The notes under the pieces: model-generated | Databases searched by the model: none | Told to the model about the DNA's origin: nothing | What the model saw: the letters and a program-made list of their open reading frames with translations, nothing else | Part shown: positions 56,719 to 64,000 of the stretch, one piece after another | Layout: each line of letters starts with the position of its first letter | Numbering within the stretch: position 1 is the first letter of the stretch | Translations under genes and position numbers: made by a program | Assembly: GCA_044356535.1 (NCBI GenBank) | Contig: JBIKWC010000004.1 | Coordinates: 14,707 to 78,706, forward strand | Reading direction: 5' to 3' | Source of the DNA: Myxococcota bacterium | GTDB taxonomy: Bacteria > Myxococcota_A > UBA796 > GCA-2862545 | Length of the DNA: 64,000 nt

Positions 56719-58158
56719 ATGCCCCGTCGTCAGCGCCTCCGCCGGCTGCAAGCCGCCCTGGGTCGCGGCTCCGAAGCCGCCGGTCCCGTGAGCCAGATCC
56801 CGTCGTCCAACAGCGAAGAGCTCGAAGCGCTTCCTGCGCAGGTCCCCGCACCCGCTGGGGTGCTCGCAGCCGCCGCCGCGCAGGAGACCATCCTGCCCGC
56901 CCAGCTGCCCGCCGCGGCCGCGCCGGTCGCGCAGGCTGCCGCTCCGGTCGCCGAGGCTGCCGCTCCGGTCGAGAAGCCGTTCCTGCAGCGCAGCGCCGCC
57001 GACAAGATGAAGGTCATGGCCAACGTCATGCAGGACGCCCGCGGTCTGCTCGACGCGAACGAGGTCTCCAGCAAGGTCGAGCAGCGCCTCGCCGCCACGA
57101 TCCCGCAGGAGCTCAGCGCCAACGACGCCCGCCGCGGCCTCGGGTACACGTTCCTCAAGCAGGCGCAGGGGCTGCAGGGGGCGCTGAAGGGCGTCGACCA
57201 GAACGATCCCGCCGCGATGGCCAAGGCCACGAGCAAGCTCACCGAGGAGCAGCGGTTCCTCCTCGCGCGGCAGCAGGCCGGAGACTTCGACGTCTCCACG
57301 CTCCCGAAGGACGTGTCCGACACCCCCGCCGCGCTCCGCGACCAGATCACGACCGCGGGCGTGTCGCTGCGGTCGGCCCAGTACGGCGAGATGGGCACCC
57401 TCCAGGAGCGTGCCCGCTCCGAGAAGCTCGGCAAGGACGACGCCGCCCGGCTCGAGAAGCTGAAGGGCATCAAGGGCCTCGGCATGAAGTACAACGGCTA
57501 CGACCCTTCGATGGGCGACCTCTCGGGCATGTCCGCCGATCGCTTCGGCGAGATCTTCGCTCCGGGGAACAGCCGCTTCGAGCCCGTGCAGTACAAGAAG
57601 CTCCGCGACTCCTACAGCAAGAACAAGGCCGCGAACGACAAGACCGCGGCCGCGTACGCGAAGGACCCGGAGAACGCCCGCGCCCCCTCGGAGACCGTGC
57701 TGGCCAGCGCCGGCATCGGCGACTTCGAGGTCAACGCGCTCGGTCAGCAGCGCCTCGGCCAGAACATGGACCTCGTGGCGGACATGGCGACGAGCTACGG
57801 CCCGGGCCAGATCATGGGCGGCTACGCCCAGCAGGACTACTGGCAGGGGAAGGCGAAGGCCGAGCGCCTCCCCGCCGTGAAGCAGGCGGACGGCACCTCG
57901 CGGGCCAGCACGTTGACGGAGCTCAAGGCGTCCGGGTCGCGGATGGAGCCCACCGCCGCCGACATCCAGCCCATGCTGGGCCTCGTGCAGATGAAGGGCA
58001 TCGACCTCGACAGCTCGCCGTCGGTGTCGGAGTGGATCTCGGCGTACAACGGCAACCCGAACGCGACGCAGCGGGCCCAGTACACCAACAGCCTGAACAC
58101 CAACGGTCCCCTCTACGACGCCGCGAAGGCCGCGCTCCCGAAGCCCACCAACGGCTGA
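56719..58158 (+). CDS. hypothetical protein, compositionally atypical (Lys/Gln/Asn/Ser-rich, no signal peptide or TM)
   Basis: 479 aa with Ala/Pro-rich N-terminal repeats (AAAPVAQAAAPVAEAAAPV), then a polar K-rich body. No recognisable domain. Confidence 0.55.
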   Translation: MPRRQRLRRLQAALGRGSEAAGPVSQIPSSNSEELEALPAQVPAPAGVLAAAAAQETILPAQLPAAAAPVAQAAAPVAEAAAPVEKPFLQRSAADKMKVMANVMQDARGLLDANEVSSKVEQRLAATIPQELSANDARRGLGYTFLKQAQGLQGALKGVDQNDPAAMAKATSKLTEEQRFLLARQQAGDFDVSTLPKDVSDTPAALRDQITTAGVSLRSAQYGEMGTLQERARSEKLGKDDAARLEKLKGIKGLGMKYNGYDPSMGDLSGMSADRFGEIFAPGNSRFEPVQYKKLRDSYSKNKAANDKTAAAYAKDPENARAPSETVLASAGIGDFEVNALGQQRLGQNMDLVADMATSYGPGQIMGGYAQQDYWQGKAKAERLPAVKQADGTSRASTLTELKASGSRMEPTAADIQPMLGLVQMKGIDLDSSPSVSEWISAYNGNPNATQRAQYTNSLNTNGPLYDAAKAALPKPTNG

Positions 58159-58173
58159 CCGCCGGAGGTCGAG

Positions 58174-58581
58174 ATGCACTGCGCCCCGATGCTGCAGGTG
58201 AGCGACGTGGAGGCCACCAGCCGCTGGTACCAGCAGGTGGTGGGACTCGTCAGCGGCCACGGTGGACCGGACTACGAGATGTTGTTCGGTGGTGCCCCGT
58301 TCGCTGCGCCATTGGCGCTCCAATTGCACAGGTGGGACGCTCACGAACGCGGCATCATTGGCGCACCGGATGCAGCGCGTGGCCACGGTGTGTCCCTGTG
58401 GTTCGAGGTCTCGGACGAACGCGCGCTCGAGGCCGCCTTCCGCCGGGCCGGTGAGGCGGGCGCCACCGTGCTCGCGGCGCCGGCGTGGAACCCGCAGGCC
58501 CACCACCACGAGCTCTCCCTCCGCGACCCGGACGGCTACGTGGTGGTGCTCTGCACGCCCTTCGAGGCCGCGGGTCCCTGA
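58174..58581 (+). CDS. VOC/glyoxalase family protein
   Basis: MLQVSDVEATSRWYQQVVGL...; small betaalphabetabetabeta module; 135 aa. Confidence 0.75.
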   Translation: MHCAPMLQVSDVEATSRWYQQVVGLVSGHGGPDYEMLFGGAPFAAPLALQLHRWDAHERGIIGAPDAARGHGVSLWFEVSDERALEAAFRRAGEAGATVLAAPAWNPQAHHHELSLRDPDGYVVVLCTPFEAAGP

Positions 58582-58781
58582 GTCAGGGGAAGAAGAACCT
58601 CGAGATCGAGGAATACCGCCCGTGGGAGCGGTGGCGCCGGTCCGGACGGGGTCGTCGACCGCGGGTGGAGCAGCGGCCGCTGCGAGCGCCAGGATCATGG
58701 TTCCCACCGCCCGGAGTGTACCCGAGCAGCTCCACCCGGATGGGTGGGTGGCCGAGGGGTCTGCCGGGTGTAGGGAGGGGC

Positions 58782-59507
58782 ATGTCACGCGGCGCTGGTC
58801 GGTTCCTCGAGCTCGGGCACTTCTCGCCCCCCGGCGCGCCGGCGCGGGCGGTGCGGTTGTACGTCCCCCCCGGCGTGGACCCGGAGCGTCCGCACCCCAC
58901 GTTGTGGCTGTTCGACGGGCAGAACGTGTTCGGCGACGAGGGGAGCTTCGCTGGCGGCTGGCACGCGCACCAGACGATGGACGACCTCGGGGACAAGCGC
59001 CACCGCCGCCCGGTGGTGGTGGCGATCGAGAACGGGGGCGCCCACCGGATCCGCGAGCTCGGGCCACACGTGGGCGACTTCGTCTCGGCGGTGGTCGAGG
59101 ACCTCGTGCCGCGGGTGGAGGGTGTGGTGCACGGGCGGGGGCCCCGGATCGTCGGGGGAGCTTCGCTCGGCGGCCTGGGGGCGTTGCACGCCTGGCTGGC
59201 GCACCCGGAGGTCTTCTCCGGGGCGATGGTCATGTCGCCGTCGTTGTGGTTCGAGCAGCGCCGGCTGCTGCGCGCGATCGAGCGAGGGGACCTGGCCCTC
59301 CCCGCGCACGGCCGCATCTACGTCGACGCCGGCGGGCGGGAGCGGGGGCGGATGTTCGCCGACGCCGAGCACCTCGCTCGGGTGTTGAAGGAGGCCGGCC
59401 TGGGAGAGGATCGGCTCCTGTGGCGTCCGGACGCGCGCGGCACCCACCAGGAGCGCCACTGGCGACGCCGACTGCCGAAGGCGGCGCGGTTCCTGTTCAA
59501 GCGCTGA
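58782..59507 (+). CDS. esterase (alpha/beta hydrolase, putative esterase family PF00756-like)
   Basis: LYVPPGVD...PTLWLFDGQNVF...; nucleophile elbow GASLGG; start could alternatively be 58740. Confidence 0.7.
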   Translation: MSRGAGRFLELGHFSPPGAPARAVRLYVPPGVDPERPHPTLWLFDGQNVFGDEGSFAGGWHAHQTMDDLGDKRHRRPVVVAIENGGAHRIRELGPHVGDFVSAVVEDLVPRVEGVVHGRGPRIVGGASLGGLGALHAWLAHPEVFSGAMVMSPSLWFEQRRLLRAIERGDLALPAHGRIYVDAGGRERGRMFADAEHLARVLKEAGLGEDRLLWRPDARGTHQERHWRRRLPKAARFLFKR

Positions 59508-59579
59508 GCCGAGGGGGCAGCGGATCGACTGGCGCCGGCGGGAGTCGAGGCGGCGGCTACACTGCACCCGGGAGGACGC

Positions 59580-60827
59580 ATGGTGTTCGGGTGGTGGCTC
59601 CAGCTCGCGGCCGCAGCCGCGCCCGACCCGGAGGCTGCCGTGGTCCAGGCCACCGAGCAGTTCCAGCAGGGAGATCTCGACGCCGCGATCGCGACCCTGG
59701 AGGACGCGGTCCAGAGCTGGCCGACCGCACCGGAGCCCCGCCTCGCGCTCGCGACCTGGCTGCTCGCGTCGGGGCGCCTCGACCGGCTCGGCGTGGTGCT
59801 CGCGGAGGCCCCGGCCGACCAGCGCGAGGCCCTGACCCCGCACCGGATGGTGGGCGCGCTCCTCGCTTCGTCCGTCGAAGGGGTTGGGCCGGACAACCCG
59901 CTGCGCGCAGTGTCGATCGAAGCCGAGTGCGAAGCGCTCCGCGCCCGCGGAGGTGAGCAGGCCGTGTTCGCCGACACCCTCGCGCTCGTACAGGCGGTGA
60001 TGCGTCGCTCGGAGGCCGGCGTCGACCCTGCTGCAGACGAGGCCGTCGCCGAGCGGGCCACGGCGCTGCTCGTGCGCGCCGAGCCCTCCGTGGCGGCGAT
60101 GCAGGCGGGCGCCGCGGCCCTCACGCTGGTCGATGGGTGGGCGCTCGCGATCGACGGCGTGAAGCGGGCGATGGCGTCGGGGGCCGATCGGTCCGCAGGC
60201 ACGCTGCTCCTCGCCCGCATGCACTTGTTGTGGGGCCTGCGCGACGAGAAGGCCGGCCACCTCGCGACCGCCGAGAAGCTGTTGCGCAAGGTCGACGCGG
60301 TGGACGGGGTGTCCGCGGCGGCGCTCGGCGCGGAGCGGTTCGCGGTCACGCTCGCGCGGACCGACCTCCCCCGGGGCCCGGACGGGAGGGCCACCGAGGC
60401 CCGTGTACGCGAGGTCCTGGGCGCGCTCGACGCCACCCTGGAGGGCGACCAGCGGTGGATCGAGGCGCTCTCCCTCACGCTCGCGACCGTGGCCACCGCC
60501 AACGGGGACGGCAGCTCCGCCGTCGCTGCGGTCCAGGCGGTGGATCTGGACACCGCGGACCCGATCGCCGCCATGGTGGTGGCGCTGGCGATGGCGCGCC
60601 GCGGCTCGCTCGCGCTGGTGGACGTGCTGCCCGGGCTGGCCGATGGGGGGGACCGGACCACCCGGGCGGTGGCGGGGGCCTGGCTCGATGCGGCGCCGGG
60701 GGCCGAGGCAGGTGCGTGGCTCCCGGTGGCGGCGGGGGCGGCCAACGTGGGCCTCGAGATGAGCGACGCAGGCCCGCGCCTGCAGGTCTCGATGCGGCCG
60801 ACGGTGGTGATGGTGCTGGTGCCCTGA
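59580..60827 (+). CDS. hypothetical helical (TPR-like?) protein
   Basis: Ala/Leu-rich helical repeats; N-terminal hydrophobic MVFGWWLQLAAAAAP may be a signal peptide. Confidence 0.45.
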   Translation: MVFGWWLQLAAAAAPDPEAAVVQATEQFQQGDLDAAIATLEDAVQSWPTAPEPRLALATWLLASGRLDRLGVVLAEAPADQREALTPHRMVGALLASSVEGVGPDNPLRAVSIEAECEALRARGGEQAVFADTLALVQAVMRRSEAGVDPAADEAVAERATALLVRAEPSVAAMQAGAAALTLVDGWALAIDGVKRAMASGADRSAGTLLLARMHLLWGLRDEKAGHLATAEKLLRKVDAVDGVSAAALGAERFAVTLARTDLPRGPDGRATEARVREVLGALDATLEGDQRWIEALSLTLATVATANGDGSSAVAAVQAVDLDTADPIAAMVVALAMARRGSLALVDVLPGLADGGDRTTRAVAGAWLDAAPGAEAGAWLPVAAGAANVGLEMSDAGPRLQVSMRPTVVMVLVP

Positions 60828-60830
60828 CGG

Positions 60831-61039
60831 CCGGCTGTATACAGCGACCACGGGTTCGTGTAGGGGTTGCGCCGACATTGCTACAGATAACCGGCGTTTA
60901 TAGTATATAGTTGCAGGCGTGTCGTATGCTGCTGTATACGAGCTGCATACAGTTTGTCGAGGGGAGGACCACAACGCTGGCGATGGGGTGGTGATGGAGG
61001 AGGGGTGAGTCCATCGACCGCCACCGAGGAGAAGCTCCC
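60831..61039 (+). promoter_or_regulatory. AT-enriched promoter/operator region with multiple TGTATAC-type palindromes upstream of the fasciclin lipoprotein gene
   Basis: Perfect palindrome CTGTATACAG (60835-60844); TTTATAGTATATAG (60897-60910); CTGTATACGAGCTGCATACAG (60932-60952). ~50% GC versus ~70% flanks. GAGGAG RBS 9 nt before ATG 61040. Confidence 0.5.
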
Positions 61040-62371
61040 ATGTTTCGTTCGACCCTGACGCTCTCGTTCCTTGCCACCCTCGCTGCCTGCAACGGCGACG
61101 ACGACAAGACGAACACCACCGAGTCGGACACCGACACCGACACCGACACGGACACGGACACGGACACGGACACCGACACCGACACCGAGATGGACCTCGT
61201 CGATCTCGCGCTGTCCGACCCGCAGTTCTCGACCCTGGCGGGCGCCATCGTGGACGCCGGCCTCGAGGACACCCTGCGCGGCGAGGGTCCGTTCACCGTG
61301 TTCGCGCCCACCAACGACGCCTTCGACGCCCTCGGGCTCGACCTGTCCAGCCTCGACCAGGCCGCCCTCGCGGAGGTGCTCACCTACCATGTCGTGTCCG
61401 GCAGCGTGGACTCCTCGTCCATCCCGGAGCGCGCCGACAGCGTCGCTGGCTTCACGCTCTTCTTCGACACGACCGCGGGCGTCATGGTGAACGACGCGAC
61501 CGTGACCACGGCGGACCTCGAGGCCAGCAACGGCATCCTGCACGTGGTCGACACCGTCCTGCTGCCCCCGAACCTGCTCGACGCAGTCGGCTACGCCGGC
61601 CTCGATGGCCTGGCGGGCGCAGTGGGTGCGGCCGACCCCGGCGTCGCCACCCTCCTCGGCGGGACCGACGACCTCACCGTGTTCGCGCCGTCCAACGATG
61701 CCTTCGACGCAGCCGCCGCCATCACCGCCGGCCTCTCCCAGGCCGAGCTCACCGCGGTGCTGAGCTACCACGTGGTGCCCGGCTCCGTCACGTCGGACGT
61801 GGTTCCCGCAGCGGCCGGCTCCGCGCTGGTCAACGACTGGGGCAACAACGTGACGATCCTGTTCGACACCTCCTCGGGCGTGGTCGTCAACGGTGGCTCC
61901 ACGGTCGTGATCGCCGACATCAAGACCACCAACGGCATCGTGCACGTCGTCGACGGGGTGCTGTTGCCCCCGACCGTCGTCGACATGGCCGTGAACGGCG
62001 GTCTCACCGGGCTCGTGGGCGCGATCGGCGACGCCTCCGGCAACCTCGGGTCCGTGTTGGCGACCGAAGGGCCGTTCACCGTGTTCGCTCCCGACAACGC
62101 GGCGTTCACGGCGGCCGCCGGCATCACCGCGACCCTGACGGAGGACCAGCTCCGCGACGTGCTGCTGTACCACGTCGTGGGCGGCGCCTCTCCCGTCGCC
62201 AGCACCGACCTCATGAACGGTCAGGTGCCGACGCTCCTCGGTCAGGACGTGACCGTCGACCTCAGCTCCGGCGTCATGATCAACGACTCGAACGTGACCA
62301 CGGCGGACCTGCACGCGGTCAACGGCGTGGTCCACATCCTCGACGCGGTGTTGCTGCCCAGCGCGAACTGA
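61040..62371 (+). CDS. lipoprotein with three fasciclin (FAS1) domains and a (Asp-Thr)n linker
   Basis: Lipobox LSFLATLAAC. Three repeats of the FAS1 signature (GPFTVFAPTNDAF...LTYHVV...; TVFAPSNDAF...LSYHVVPG; GPFTVFAPDNAAF...LLYHVVGG). Confidence 0.9.
   Translation: MFRSTLTLSFLATLAACNGDDDKTNTTESDTDTDTDTDTDTDTDTDTDTEMDLVDLALSDPQFSTLAGAIVDAGLEDTLRGEGPFTVFAPTNDAFDALGLDLSSLDQAALAEVLTYHVVSGSVDSSSIPERADSVAGFTLFFDTTAGVMVNDATVTTADLEASNGILHVVDTVLLPPNLLDAVGYAGLDGLAGAVGAADPGVATLLGGTDDLTVFAPSNDAFDAAAAITAGLSQAELTAVLSYHVVPGSVTSDVVPAAAGSALVNDWGNNVTILFDTSSGVVVNGGSTVVIADIKTTNGIVHVVDGVLLPPTVVDMAVNGGLTGLVGAIGDASGNLGSVLATEGPFTVFAPDNAAFTAAAGITATLTEDQLRDVLLYHVVGGASPVASTDLMNGQVPTLLGQDVTVDLSSGVMINDSNVTTADLHAVNGVVHILDAVLLPSAN
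61126..61186 (+). repeat. hexanucleotide microsatellite (gacacc/gacacg)x10 encoding (DT)10 linker
   Basis: Direct reading of the sequence inside the fasciclin gene. Confidence 0.9.
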
Positions 62372-62394
62372 CCTGCAGTTGATAAGGAGCCGTC

Positions 62395-63279
62395 ATGGCC
62401 AGAAGCAGGCAGGAGCCGGCCCCCAACGTGTTCGCGTACCTGGACGCCCGGAAGTACCTGGGCGACTACTACGCGCACAAGAAGCGGACGGCGCCGGGGT
62501 TCTCGTACCGGTCCTTCGGGCGCCGGGCCGAGCTCAAGTCTCCGAACTACCTGAAGCTGGTCGTCGACGGCGAGCGCAACCTGACCCCGGAGATGGCCCA
62601 CCGCTTCGCGACGGCGTGTGGGCTCTCCGGTTCCTCCTTGAACTACTTCGTGGACCTGGTCGCGTTCACCCAGGCCCGGACGACCGACGAGAAGTCGGCC
62701 CGCTACGACCGGCTCCTCCGGTTCCGCGAACATCGCTCCATGCACCGGATCGACATCGCGTACGGCCAGTACCACTCCCGCTGGTACGTGCCCGCCATCC
62801 GAGAGCTGGCGTTCCGCAGAGACTTCCGGCCGAGCGCGGCGTGGGTCGGGGCGCAGCTCCTGCCGCCGGTCCCCGAGAAGGACGTCGAGGCGGCCCTGGC
62901 GCTGCTCATCGAGCTCAACCTCCTCGCCGAGGTCGACGGCAGGCTCGTGCCCACCGAGACGCTCGTGAGCACCGGCTCCGAGGTGAAAGGTCTCCACTAC
63001 GTGCAGTACCACCGCGCGATGATCGCCAGGGCCGTGGTGGCGCTCGACGAGCTTCCGCCGGCCCAGCGCGACATCTCGTCGGTCACGTTGTGCCTCGGCC
63101 CAGGCGCCATCCCCAAGATGAAAGAGCGGATCCGCGCGTTCCGGCGCGAGTTGCTGCAGCTCTCCGTGGACGAGGCGACGCCGGTCCAGGTACTGCAGGT
63201 GAACTTCCAGCTGTTCCCATTGAGCGTCGAGCCCTCTCCCGCCGACGCAGCGGACGGAGGTGACCGTGGCGTGGAGTAG
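62395..63279 (+). CDS. hypothetical protein of a myxobacterial paralogous family (resembles TIGR02147-type proteins; assignment uncertain)
   Basis: Protein-like composition with many aromatic residues (YLDARKYLGDYYAHKK...). 20-bp overlap with the following lipoprotein gene. Confidence 0.55.
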   Translation: MARSRQEPAPNVFAYLDARKYLGDYYAHKKRTAPGFSYRSFGRRAELKSPNYLKLVVDGERNLTPEMAHRFATACGLSGSSLNYFVDLVAFTQARTTDEKSARYDRLLRFREHRSMHRIDIAYGQYHSRWYVPAIRELAFRRDFRPSAAWVGAQLLPPVPEKDVEAALALLIELNLLAEVDGRLVPTETLVSTGSEVKGLHYVQYHRAMIARAVVALDELPPAQRDISSVTLCLGPGAIPKMKERIRAFRRELLQLSVDEATPVQVLQVNFQLFPLSVEPSPADAADGGDRGVE

Positions 63280-63976
63280 GGCGAGGGTGCTGGTGCTGGC
63301 GCTGGGTTCGGTCCCGGCGCTGCTGGCGTGTGGGACCGAGACGGGGAACCCCGAAGAGCTGGAGCTCGGCTACAACGCCCGCACGACGGAGCCCGGCGAG
63401 GTGGGCCTGCAAACTCCTGCAGACGGGGCCACTGTCGACGCCGTCTGGCTCCGGCTCGGCCCGGTGACCCTGCTCGGAGACTGTGCGCGGGCGCCGGCCG
63501 AACGCACCTTCGGCGGGCTCGGCTTCGCGGACCACGCTGGCCCGGAGGCGGCCTTCCAACAGCTCCGGGTGCCGTTCCGCAGCGCCTGCGGCCTCGCGAC
63601 CTCGCTGGAGGTGGGACCCGACGCTCCGGCTGATCCGCCCGGATACGCCGGTGTGGCCCTGTCGCTCGAAGGCACGCTCGGCGATGGCCGGCCGTTCTCC
63701 GTCGCCTCCGAGACCCCGCTCGACCTGTACCTCCCGCTGGCGGACGTGGACCTGGCCGACCAGGGGTCGTGGCTCGTGACCTTCGACGTGGCCCGCTGGC
63801 TCGACGTGGACGCGCTCACCGCCCTGCCGGGGGACGAGGTGCGCGTCGCGGCGGACGAGCACGCAGACGAGCTCCAGGCCGTGCTCGCGCGGGTGCCCGA
63901 GGGGCTCGCGGTGCACCACGACGCAGACGGTGACGGGCAGGTGGGGCCCGACGAGGCCCGCCTCGACCAGCGGTAG
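63260..63976 (+). CDS. lipoprotein, hypothetical
   Basis: MTVAWSRARVLVLALGSVPALLAC lipobox; acidic mature region. Confidence 0.6.
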   Translation: MTVAWSRARVLVLALGSVPALLACGTETGNPEELELGYNARTTEPGEVGLQTPADGATVDAVWLRLGPVTLLGDCARAPAERTFGGLGFADHAGPEAAFQQLRVPFRSACGLATSLEVGPDAPADPPGYAGVALSLEGTLGDGRPFSVASETPLDLYLPLADVDLADQGSWLVTFDVARWLDVDALTALPGDEVRVAADEHADELQAVLARVPEGLAVHHDADGDGQVGPDEARLDQR

Positions 63977-64000
63977 CCAGCGTCAGCCGACGAGGCCCTG

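Noticed and set aside
60835-60844. LexA/SOS box
   Set aside because: The CTGT/ACAG half-sites are present but the spacer is 2 nt, not the ~8-10 nt of SOS boxes. Treated as a generic operator palindrome instead.
60860-60890. sigma-54 (-24/-12) promoter
   Set aside because: TTGC elements are present, but no properly spaced TGGCAC-N5-TTGC.
61126-61186. CRISPR-like repeat
   Set aside because: 6-nt in-frame coding microsatellite with no spacers; not a CRISPR array.

Overview
This is a gene-dense, very GC-rich (about 70% by eye) chromosomal segment. Its content is typical of a Myxococcota-like deltaproteobacterium: many lipobox lipoproteins, a MYXO-CTERM-type tail, eukaryote-like Ser/Thr kinases, FHA, Kelch and fasciclin domains, and an MglA-like GTPase. 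I support about 58 protein-coding genes on both strands. I find no rRNA, no convincing tRNA, no CRISPR array and no IS/transposase. Because of the GC content, most of the long overlapping six-frame ORFs (R/G/P/A-rich translations) are spurious; I kept only ORFs whose translations have protein-like composition and recognisable motifs.

The main points of interest are:
- A co-directional five-gene minus-strand block (27.3-38.4 kb): FHA/J-domain protein, two vWA (BatA/BatB-like) proteins, a wHTH-STAND/NB-ARC-TPR NTPase, and a signal-less protein with a TNT-like NAD+ glycohydrolase motif set plus a glycine-zipper tail. This looks like an NTP-dependent conflict/programmed-cell-death-type system.
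- A bacterial Major Vault Protein homolog (46995-49496).
- A Cyc2-like fused monoheme cytochrome-porin, flanked by a YceI-like protein and a small CxxCH protein with a MYXO-CTERM-like tail.
- An MglA-like pseudo-GTPase with a degenerate P-loop and a C-terminal TM anchor.
- Tandemly duplicated pseudo-receiver genes.
- A 5xCxxCH protein without a detectable signal peptide, bracketed by lspA and lgt.
- A Tat-signal FAD oxidoreductase with an embedded Rieske motif.
- Two palindromic noncoding elements.

Coordinates of starts are approximate (+/- a few codons) where GTG or alternative starts are possible.
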